Origin: a virus
Lineage: Duplodnaviria > Caudoviricetes
Length of the DNA stretch: 48,391 nucleotides
IMG/VR virus record: IMGVR_UViG_3300034127_000010
Location: 1-48,391 of that record
Reading direction: 5' to 3' (one strand)
This document shows positions 16,044 to 23,210 of the stretch, in pieces. The position numbers and the translations under genes are program-made. Numbering within the stretch: the first letter of the stretch is position 1; each line of letters begins with the position of its first letter. A model generated the notes under the pieces. That model was not told the DNA's origin. It searched no databases and saw only the letters and a list, made by a program, of their open reading frames with translations.

Positions 16044-16412
16044 ATGAGGGACGATCCCCGCACAACCTTCTGGTCCGACAAAGAAATCGCGATGCTTGAC
16101 GCCGCACTCCGCGCCGGCATGGACATCGACAAGTGCAAGGCGCTGTTTCCCAAGCGCACGCACGACGCCGTCGCCTCTAAGATGCGGAAGCGCCGCCGGG
16201 AGCTCTGCATGCCCCGCCCAGGACGTGGCCGGCCGATCTCTGAGATCTACGCGCACCTCCCGCCGCTCGGCTTCACCGTCGATCAGGCGCGGCTCCTGTC
16301 GAATGCGGAGGATGGCTCCCGTCGCCTCCTGAAGCGCCAGTTGCAGACCGGTCAGTATTTCGGCGCGGCGCGGGCTGAATGGCTCGCCCGGCATGACCGG
16401 TTCGCGGCCTGA
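16044..16412 (+). CDS. GcrA/Myb-like HTH protein
   Basis: WSDKEIAML...RTHDAVASKMRK resembles the GcrA N-terminal WTxE...SRNAVIGK. Confidence 0.5.
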   Translation: MRDDPRTTFWSDKEIAMLDAALRAGMDIDKCKALFPKRTHDAVASKMRKRRRELCMPRPGRGRPISEIYAHLPPLGFTVDQARLLSNAEDGSRRLLKRQLQTGQYFGAARAEWLARHDRFAA

Positions 16413-16446
16413 CCGCCAAACACACCTCCAATCCGAAGGACGAACG

Positions 16447-16686
16447 ATGGCCGAAGATTCCGCAGCAGACCAACTCAGGCTCCTCGTTGAGCGCATTGAG
16501 CGCTTGAAGGAAGAGGGCAAGGGCATCGCCGACGACATCCGCGACGTGTTCGCGGAGGCAAAGAGCCGCGGATATGATGTCCCGGCGATGCGGGAATGCA
16601 TCAAGCTCCGCAGCATTGAGAAGGACAAGCGCGACGAGAAGGCCGCGATGGTCGAGCTCTACGGCGTGCAGCTCGGGCTGTTCTGA
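16447..16686 (+). CDS. gapR: GapR (DUF2312) nucleoid-associated protein homolog
   Basis: QLRLLVERIERLKEE.K.IADDIRDVFAEAKSRGYD. Confidence 0.92.
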   Translation: MAEDSAADQLRLLVERIERLKEEGKGIADDIRDVFAEAKSRGYDVPAMRECIKLRSIEKDKRDEKAAMVELYGVQLGLF

Positions 16687-16687
16687 C

Positions 16688-17026
16688 GTGATCGAGCTGC
16701 CTTTCCCTGACAATATCCTGTGGCCGAACGGGCGCGGCCATCACATGGCCAAGCACCGCGCGTTTCAGAAGCACAAGGCTTGGGCATGGGCCGCGCTGTC
16801 TGCTGACCGGTCGTATGCCTACCCAGGCGGTCGCATCCGGTGGTCGGTAACGTTCTACCCGAAGACCCGGAATGCCGTCGATGACGACAACGCCCGTGCG
16901 TCGCTGAAAGCGTATCAGGACGGGTTCGCCAAAGCGCTCGGCATCGATGACGTGCTGTTCGAGGCTCCTGCGGTTCACTTCGGCGAGCCGGTCAAGGGCG
17001 GCAAGATCGTCGTGGTGCTGGGATGA
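16688..17026 (+). CDS. rusA: RusA-like Holliday junction resolvase
   Basis: IELPFP..LWPN...DDDN..SLKAYQDG.AKALGIDD. Confidence 0.8.
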   Translation: MIELPFPDNILWPNGRGHHMAKHRAFQKHKAWAWAALSADRSYAYPGGRIRWSVTFYPKTRNAVDDDNARASLKAYQDGFAKALGIDDVLFEAPAVHFGEPVKGGKIVVVLG

Positions 17027-17367
17027 GCCTTGCCACTTTAACCTCACGGCCGACAGGCTCCAAATGGCGAAAGGCTGCCTTCACGGCACTATGCGATCGT
17101 GATGGAGTCCATTGTGCCCAATGCCAGACGCCTCACCGCATCATTTGGCGGCGGATGGGCCGGTGGGGAAGCATCGAGACAGGGCATTATACCAAGGTTC
17201 ATCCCACTTCGAATCTTGAGGTGGATCATCGCCTACCACTGAGTTACGGCGGCAATAATGAAATATCCAACCTCTGGCTGCTGTGCATCGATTGCCACAA
17301 GGCAAAGACGACCGCTGAGCGCTCAGCCCGCCTGAAGGCTCTATTCGCAGCGGCGCGTGCCGCATGA
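17023..17367 (+). CDS. HNH endonuclease
   Basis: RDG..CAQC...LEVDH..PLSYGG.N..SNL..LC..CH..KT. Confidence 0.9.
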   Translation: MSLATLTSRPTGSKWRKAAFTALCDRDGVHCAQCQTPHRIIWRRMGRWGSIETGHYTKVHPTSNLEVDHRLPLSYGGNNEISNLWLLCIDCHKAKTTAERSARLKALFAAARAA

Positions 17368-18146
17368 GCGGCTACGCGCGCCTTCACCGGAGCCTGCTCG
17401 GGCATCCCGCTTTCCGCAATGATGCGGAGGCGATGGCATTTGCCTGGATGATCCTGCGCGCCTCATGGAAGCCGGCCCGCGTCCGCTACAAGGGCAAGCC
17501 CATCATGCTCGCTCGCGGGCAACTGGCCACCTCGGTTCGCGACCTCGCAGACGCCATGGACCGCGACAAGGCGTGGATCGAACGCCTTTTCAAACGTCTA
17601 AAAGCCGAGACAATGATTGAGACACATACCGAGACGGGTGTGACGGTCGTAACCATCTGTAACTACGCGCAATATCAGTCTGACGGCGAAGCCGGTGAGA
17701 CAGTGCGTGAGACACTTCGTGAGACAGAGGCGAGACAGACGCAAGACACAGAACAAGAAGATAAAGAATTTAAGAAAGAGGAACCTAAAGGTTCAGACAC
17801 AGAAACGCGGGCGCGAGCTGTTTTCGTTTGCCCGCCGGGCGTCGATCGCCAGCACTGGGCTGACTTCCTCGCAAACCGGAAGCGCAAGCACCTCACCAAC
17901 ACGGTCACCGCCTACGAGGGCCAGATGCGCGCCCTGGCTGATCTGTCGGACGATGAATGGCCGCCCGGCCGGCTCGTGGAGCACGCCGCAGCGAAAGGCT
18001 GGGGCTCGATCAACAATCCGAGAGACGCTGGAGTAATTCGACATGGGCCAAGGAACGGAACTTCGCAGACAGGACGCGGAAAGGTCATCGACGCTGCTTT
18101 CGGTTTCATCGAGGATGGCGGACATCACCGATCTGCAACCCGTTAG
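17364..18146 (+). CDS. Replication initiator (lambda O-like)
   Basis: GYARLHRSL, RGQLATS.R.LA and VTICNYAQYQ motifs; internal iterons. Confidence 0.85.
   Translation: MSGYARLHRSLLGHPAFRNDAEAMAFAWMILRASWKPARVRYKGKPIMLARGQLATSVRDLADAMDRDKAWIERLFKRLKAETMIETHTETGVTVVTICNYAQYQSDGEAGETVRETLRETEARQTQDTEQEDKEFKKEEPKGSDTETRARAVFVCPPGVDRQHWADFLANRKRKHLTNTVTAYEGQMRALADLSDDEWPPGRLVEHAAAKGWGSINNPRDAGVIRHGPRNGTSQTGRGKVIDAAFGFIEDGGHHRSATR
17606..17790. other. ori: Putative replication origin: GAGAC iterons followed by an A-rich tract
   Basis: Repeated GAGAC(A) at about 17606-17636 and 17697-17737, then AGAACAAGAAGATAAAGAATTTAAGAAAGAGG. Confidence 0.7.
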
Positions 18147-18513
18147 CCGACCTGAGTTCGCCGCAGAGATCGTGCCATGCCTCGCCCTGACGAGCGGAAT
18201 CGGCATGTCGCAGGAGGACCAGCGCAACTGGCTGAACGCGGCCTACAAGGCGCTCGACGGCATCCCGATCGCGCTGCTGAAGCGCGGTGCCGCGGTCGCG
18301 ATGGGCAAGGCCGACCACCCGAGCAAGATCGTCCCGGCGATCATCGCGGAGGTGCGAGACGCTTGGGCATGGCGTAAGCGGCACAACGCAGCACCGCAGT
18401 ACACGCCGGCATTGCCCGCACCGATCGAGACGGCCGAAGAAAAGGCTGAGCGCGAGGAAGTCGCCGCGCTGATGGCTGGGCTGGCGCGCAAGCTTGAAGC
18501 GAACGCGTCGTGA
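18115..18513 (+). CDS. Replication protein (P-like/helicase-loader position)
   Basis: GAGG RBS; W..A.Y.AL.GIP.ALL..G...A......P pattern. Confidence 0.6.
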   Translation: MADITDLQPVSRPEFAAEIVPCLALTSGIGMSQEDQRNWLNAAYKALDGIPIALLKRGAAVAMGKADHPSKIVPAIIAEVRDAWAWRKRHNAAPQYTPALPAPIETAEEKAEREEVAALMAGLARKLEANAS

Positions 18514-18752
18514 TCTACCGCGAGCAATTCGCCTGCCTTTGCGGCTTTCGTTCCGACCAGCCCGACACCTGCGAGAAATGCCGCGAGCCGTTGTTCTCGA
18601 CGGCTGACCAGCAAGCCCGCACCCTCAACACAATGCCGAGCGGAAAGACCGGCCGCTGGTATCCGGACACTGACGGGCAGGGTGTGGTCTATCGCCACGG
18701 TGCCGTTCACACGCGGCCTGCGTCGCCCAACCCCCTGCTCGAGGGGCGGTGA
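18510..18752 (+). CDS. Small zinc-ribbon protein
   Basis: CLCG..CEKC; coupled. Confidence 0.55.
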   Translation: MIYREQFACLCGFRSDQPDTCEKCREPLFSTADQQARTLNTMPSGKTGRWYPDTDGQGVVYRHGAVHTRPASPNPLLEGR

Positions 18753-18775
18753 GGATGGGCACTCGCATGACCTCG

Positions 18776-18961
18776 CTAGGGCAGCTTCCCCGCGTCGAGC
18801 AATTCCATGAGCAAGCAGACAGGGCCGCTCGGGTCACGGTCGCCTGCCTCGATCATGCGAATGTATCGGCCGCCGTTGTCACCGAGCCTCAGACGCGCAG
18901 CAAGGCCGGACTGAGTGAGCCCGGCCCGCTGACGGATGGATTTGAATTCGATGGGGCTCAT
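18776..18961 (-). CDS. XRE HTH protein
   Basis: FKSIRQRAGLTQSGLAARL...IRMIEAGDR.PSGP. Confidence 0.85.
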   Translation of the reverse strand: MSPIEFKSIRQRAGLTQSGLAARLRLGDNGGRYIRMIEAGDRDPSGPVCLLMELLDAGKLP

Positions 18962-19189
18962 TTACCAGACCCGCATCGAATCGTTCTGCATGACGGCCTG
19001 CTTGACCGAGCGATCGGACATGGAGCGAGCAGCGGCGGTGCGGTCCTCGGCGTCCTGCCAGGCCTGCCAGTTGGCAGTGGTGGAGTTGGCGACCCAAACT
19101 TCCTTTGCAGCGGCTTCAGCCTTCTTCGCGGCTTCGACCTGCTGCCAGGACCAGTTAACGCGAGCGGTTTCTGCGGTGTTCATCTTCAT
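18962..19189 (-). CDS. Small helical hypothetical protein (moron, co-transcribed with the HTH)
   Basis: GGAG RBS; own promoter. Confidence 0.65.
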   Translation of the reverse strand: MKMNTAETARVNWSWQQVEAAKKAEAAAKEVWVANSTTANWQAWQDAEDRTAAARSMSDRSVKQAVMQNDSMRVW

Positions 19190-19226
19190 TCTCCCGTGTC
19201 CGGTGGAGCATCGCTCCGGTGCAGCC

Positions 19227-19255
19227 CTTATGAGGAACTATGTTCCTATCCGCAA
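19227..19255 (-). promoter_or_regulatory. Promoter TTGCGG-17-CATAAG with the palindromic operator AGGAAC-TAT-GTTCCT in the spacer
   Basis: Palindrome at 19233-19247. Confidence 0.65.
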
Positions 19256-19326
19256 GCACAATCGCACTCGGTTCGTCGCAAATTCGACACTCGCATGACC
19301 GCAGATGTTTTTGAGGGGAGGGACGT

Positions 19327-19569
19327 ATGACCCAAATGACCACGATCAACCGCGGACGGCCGGCGCACCGCCAGCGTCAGTTCATCGCCTACGTCAAGGA
19401 CACCGTCCGCACGGATGGCGTGGCGCCGTCCTATGACATGATCTGTCGCGAGCTCGGCATCAGCAGCCGGGGAGAGGTCCGCAGGCTCGTCTGCGCAGCT
19501 GAGCGGGCCGGACAACTGCGCCGCGTCGGCAAGGGCCGTGTGCGGCGAATCCGCCTGCCCGAATTATGA
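19327..19569 (+). CDS. LexA-type DNA-binding (wHTH) domain protein with no peptidase domain
   Basis: RQRQFIAYV...GVAPSYDMICRELGISSRGEVRRLV.A.ERAG.LRR. Confidence 0.8.
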   Translation: MTQMTTINRGRPAHRQRQFIAYVKDTVRTDGVAPSYDMICRELGISSRGEVRRLVCAAERAGQLRRVGKGRVRRIRLPEL

Positions 19570-19618
19570 CTACTCACATGCGCCGCCAGAACGCGCTATG
19601 TGGAACCACGAAGGAGCC

Positions 19619-19762
19619 ATGACCATGCCCGCAGCGACGATCAACGGAAAGCAGACCAAGCCCATGCCGGCCAGCGTGAAGAACGCGATGGACCGCGGCG
19701 TTCCGAAGCGGCTCGCGTTGTCGAAGGGGCCGAAGCCCGTTTCGACGGTGCGGGTGGGCTGA
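19619..19762 (+). CDS. Small basic protein
   Basis: AAGGAG RBS. Confidence 0.5.
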   Translation: MTMPAATINGKQTKPMPASVKNAMDRGVPKRLALSKGPKPVSTVRVG

Positions 19763-19782
19763 TCGAAAGTAGATGGGTCTAG

Positions 19783-20070
19783 ATGGCGCGCGGCATAAAG
19801 ACAGGTGGGCGGGTCAAGGGCACGCCTAACCACGCTACGGCCGACATCAAGGCGCTGGCGAGGCAGTACACGCCCGAAGTATTCAAGGAACTGGCGAGAC
19901 TCGCTGTTGAGGCTGAGAGCGAACCAGCGAGGGTATCGGCGATCAAGGAAATTCTCGATCGCGCATACGGCAAGCCCACCCAACCACTGAGCGGAGACGA
20001 CGATGCACCTGCCATCCGTATCGCCCGCATTGAACTGGTAGCGGGTGATGGCGGCTACAGCCCAAGTTAA
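19783..20070 (+). CDS. terS: Terminase small subunit
   Basis: KTGGRVKGTPN...ARVSA.KEILDRAYGKP; lies upstream of TerL. Confidence 0.75.
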   Translation: MARGIKTGGRVKGTPNHATADIKALARQYTPEVFKELARLAVEAESEPARVSAIKEILDRAYGKPTQPLSGDDDAPAIRIARIELVAGDGGYSPS

Positions 20071-21361
20071 GCTCCCGCCAAAGCTGATCCCGGTATTCCT
20101 GGGGGAGGCCCGATACCGCGGCGCATTCGGCGGGCGAGGGTCGGGCAAGACGCAGTCGTTCGCGAAGATGACGGCGGTTCGCGGCTATCAGTGGAGTATG
20201 GCGGGCGAGGGTGGAGTGATCCTCTGCGGCCGCGAGTTCATGAACAGTCTGGACGAATCCTCCATGGCGGAGGTGAAGGCCGCAATCCGGTCCGAGCCTT
20301 GGCTTGAGGCGCATTACGACATCGGCGAGAAATACATCCGTACCAAGGATGGGCTGATCGAATACAAGTTCGCCGGCCTCGATCGCAATATCGCCAGCAT
20401 CAAGTCGAAGGCGCGCATCAAGCTGATGTGGGTCGATGAAGCCGAGCCGGTCAGCGAAAGCGCGTGGCAGGTCGCCATCCCGTCCGTCCGCGAGCATGAC
20501 TCGGAAATCTGGGTAACGTGGAACCCTGAGCGCAAGACCAGCCCGACGCACAAGCGCTTCAGGCTCGACCCGCCCGAGGGCGCGAAGATCGTTGAGCTCA
20601 ATTACCGCGACAATCCGTGGTTCCCGAAGGTGCTCGAACTGGAGCGGGTTAACGACCTTGTGCGCCGGCCGGACGCTTACCCGCATATCTGGGAGGGCGA
20701 CTTCGTCAGCGTGGTAGAGGGCGCGTACTACGCAGCCTCGCTCGCCAGCGCTCGCTCACAGAAGCGCATAGGCCCGCTGTCCGTGGATCCGCTCATGGAG
20801 TTCTGGGCATTCTGGGACATAGGGACGCGCGACCACACCGCGATATGGATCGTCCAGTTCATCGGCGGACGCATTCACTGCGTCGACTATTACGAGGCCT
20901 CAGGCCAGCCGCTGGCTACGCACCTGACATGGCTGCGCGACAACGGGTACGGCAACGCGATCTGCGTGCTGCCTCATGACGGCGTGCAGGTGAATCACCT
21001 GACCGCACACCGGTATATCGATCACATCCTTGAGGCGGGCTTCAGGGCGGAGTATGTCCGCAATCAGGGCAAGGGTGCAGCTATGGCCCGTGTCGATGCT
21101 GCCAGGCGCTTGTTCCCGGCCGTGTGGATCGATCCGGAGCATTGCGAAGGCGGGTTGCTGGCGCTGGCGGCCTACCACGAGAAGAAAGACGAAAAACGGG
21201 AGATCGGATTGGGCCCGGAACATGACTGGTCGTCGCACGGCGCCGATGCGTTCGGGTTGATGGCGGTGGCGAAACCGATCCTTGTCGACATGCTGTACGC
21301 GCGCGGTGACGAACAGCCAGAGCGGCCACGGCGGCGCGCCGGCAACTCAGCAGGATATTGA
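20045..21361 (+). CDS. terL: Terminase large subunit (PBSX/P22-like headful type)
   Basis: Walker A GGRGSGKT, Walker B WVDEA, TWNP and nuclease WDIG...HDWSSHGADAF. Confidence 0.95.
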   Translation: MMAATAQVKLPPKLIPVFLGEARYRGAFGGRGSGKTQSFAKMTAVRGYQWSMAGEGGVILCGREFMNSLDESSMAEVKAAIRSEPWLEAHYDIGEKYIRTKDGLIEYKFAGLDRNIASIKSKARIKLMWVDEAEPVSESAWQVAIPSVREHDSEIWVTWNPERKTSPTHKRFRLDPPEGAKIVELNYRDNPWFPKVLELERVNDLVRRPDAYPHIWEGDFVSVVEGAYYAASLASARSQKRIGPLSVDPLMEFWAFWDIGTRDHTAIWIVQFIGGRIHCVDYYEASGQPLATHLTWLRDNGYGNAICVLPHDGVQVNHLTAHRYIDHILEAGFRAEYVRNQGKGAAMARVDAARRLFPAVWIDPEHCEGGLLALAAYHEKKDEKREIGLGPEHDWSSHGADAFGLMAVAKPILVDMLYARGDEQPERPRRRAGNSAGY

Positions 21362-21969
21362 CCATGAAATGGCTTGCCTCTCTATTGCGAACCATTCTGG
21401 GATGGCTGGAGGCCGCGCCAGAGCCCAACATGCCCGTAATAACCGCCGCTGACCTTCGCGCGCTGACGGACGCGGTATATGGGCCGCCGGCTGAGGGGTG
21501 GTACGCCTGGGAATGCAGGATGCTGCGCGAGCACGGATCTCTGGCGTTCTGGTTCGACCATCACCGCTATGATGACACGTCGTACGCTTATCCCGAGCCG
21601 TCGAACGACGATTACAAGGCTAACTATGCCGCCAGCATGGCGGTGAGTATCCAGAAATACGGCGAGGATATGGTGCGGACGGCGACCTACTGGATCAATG
21701 AGCGGACGAAGGCGGACCCAACCCTCCGAGCGGCACACAAGCGGCAGTACAACCCGATATTCTGGTGCGTGCTGCAGTGGTGCATGGCGGGTAGCCCAGA
21801 TGTCGAAGTGCCTGCGTGGTGGTCCCTACTGCCCGACGAGAGGGCAAATGGCCCCGCCAACACGGGTCTTAACGGGCTCAATCAGTTGGCGTATTTTCAG
21901 GCGTCAGCGATGAATCAAACGTGGCGCCCTGGCGAGTATCGCGCAGTTTCCTTTGGAGCACTCCAATGA
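21358..21969 (+). CDS. Hypothetical aromatic-rich protein
   Basis: Coupled to terL. Confidence 0.65.
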   Translation: MTMKWLASLLRTILGWLEAAPEPNMPVITAADLRALTDAVYGPPAEGWYAWECRMLREHGSLAFWFDHHRYDDTSYAYPEPSNDDYKANYAASMAVSIQKYGEDMVRTATYWINERTKADPTLRAAHKRQYNPIFWCVLQWCMAGSPDVEVPAWWSLLPDERANGPANTGLNGLNQLAYFQASAMNQTWRPGEYRAVSFGALQ

Positions 21970-22238
21970 TCACAGACGAAATCCACGCCACAGCCAAAAC
22001 CAACGCCCGCCGCCGCGGTTACGTGATCGCGAAGTGGCTGGAGCCCGCCGGCGATGATCTGGTCGTGTCCGCCCGCATGCGCATCAAGGGCCGCACGCAC
22101 GGACTCGGCTTCCGCTGGGATGGCAAGAAGAACAAGGACCTGCTCGATCGCGTCGTGTCGCTGGACTATGCGATGAGCGTGCTGGAGCGTAAGGTCGCGG
22201 AGGGCAAGATTGCGAGCCTTCAGGAGACGGAGCAGTGA
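21966..22238 (+). CDS. Hypothetical protein
   Basis: GGAG RBS; coupled. Confidence 0.6.
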   Translation: MITDEIHATAKTNARRRGYVIAKWLEPAGDDLVVSARMRIKGRTHGLGFRWDGKKNKDLLDRVVSLDYAMSVLERKVAEGKIASLQETEQ

Positions 22239-22432
22239 TTGGCTGGGCGCTTTACCTGACAATCGTCGGGTCTATTTTCTACGGTCTGTACCGCAATTGC
22301 GTTTTCCAGATTCAGCAGAACCAAAGGCTCGCGGATATGCATCAGCAGCATGAGATTTGGCTTAGGACGCATATCCTGAGGCAGGTTGGCGCGCCGTACC
22401 TGACATTAGTGGGAACCAGTGATGCCCGATGA
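22235..22432 (+). CDS. Small membrane protein
   Basis: N-terminal TM segment; coupled. Confidence 0.55.
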   Translation: MIGWALYLTIVGSIFYGLYRNCVFQIQQNQRLADMHQQHEIWLRTHILRQVGAPYLTLVGTSDAR

Positions 22433-22550
22433 ACTCGAATCCCTCCGCGCCAAGCTCGCCTCCCGCAAGGGCCGCGAAGGCTATGCCGAGAACGTCAGCG
22501 AGATCGAGCGGCGAATTGCGGAGTTGGAGGCCAAAAACCCCGGCGCATAG
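22422..22550 (+). CDS. Small coiled-coil protein (42 aa)
   Basis: MPDELESLRAKLASRKGREGYAENVSEIERRIAELE, read manually. Confidence 0.55.
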   Translation: MPDELESLRAKLASRKGREGYAENVSEIERRIAELEAKNPGA

Positions 22551-22635
22551 TTTTTGGCCTTGATATTCGACTACTATCCCGACCCAAATACATGTCTAAT
22601 TAGGTCTCCAGGCGGGGAAAGCCTGGAGATCGACC

Positions 22636-22908
22636 ATGACGAAGAAGACGAACACGCCGGCCACCACCAAGGCCGCACCCGTTGCCCCCGAGGGCGAAGG
22701 CACAAAGCTGGCAAAGGTCATTGACCCCGCCAAGCTGACCGACGCCAAGATCGACGAGATCGCCGGCCAGCACGACGACCCGACCGATCCCGAGCAGACC
22801 GCGAACGTCGATGTCGCGGAGACGCTCGAACAGAACCGCGACGACGCCAAGCACCCGAACGACGACCGCGCCTATTTCGGCGGTCAGGGCGGGGCTGCGG
22901 GTATCTGA
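22636..22908 (+). CDS. Acidic hypothetical protein
   Basis: GGAG RBS; strong GC3 bias. Confidence 0.7.
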   Translation: MTKKTNTPATTKAAPVAPEGEGTKLAKVIDPAKLTDAKIDEIAGQHDDPTDPEQTANVDVAETLEQNRDDAKHPNDDRAYFGGQGGAAGI

Positions 22909-23210
22909 TGGCAAAGGACGCGCCCGTTCGGGAGATTGAGCCCGCCCGCGTGGCTGGCGGTCTGGGTGGGCGCGTCCTCCACTGGTCACGCCGGTTGGTG
23001 GATGATGATAAGGATATCATCGCGTTCGCCATCGTCGGGCTATACGCGGACGGCTCGCCATTCGGGGTAACTGAGGTCGATTGGCCGAAGGAATATCCCT
23101 GCAATCGGCACATGTTCGTCGGCATGGCGGCTGAGCTGATCCGCGACAATCTCATCACGCAAGACACGGCATGCGACATCGTCAACCGCGCCAACGGGTT
23201 TGACGACTGA
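22908..23210 (+). CDS. Hypothetical protein
   Basis: TGATG coupling at both ends. Confidence 0.65.
   Translation: MAKDAPVREIEPARVAGGLGGRVLHWSRRLVDDDKDIIAFAIVGLYADGSPFGVTEVDWPKEYPCNRHMFVGMAAELIRDNLITQDTACDIVNRANGFDD

Noticed and set aside
19564-22600. GACTACT motif about 22 nt before -10-like hexamers at 19568 and 22569 as late-activator sites
   Set aside because: Two 7-bp matches are too little evidence.
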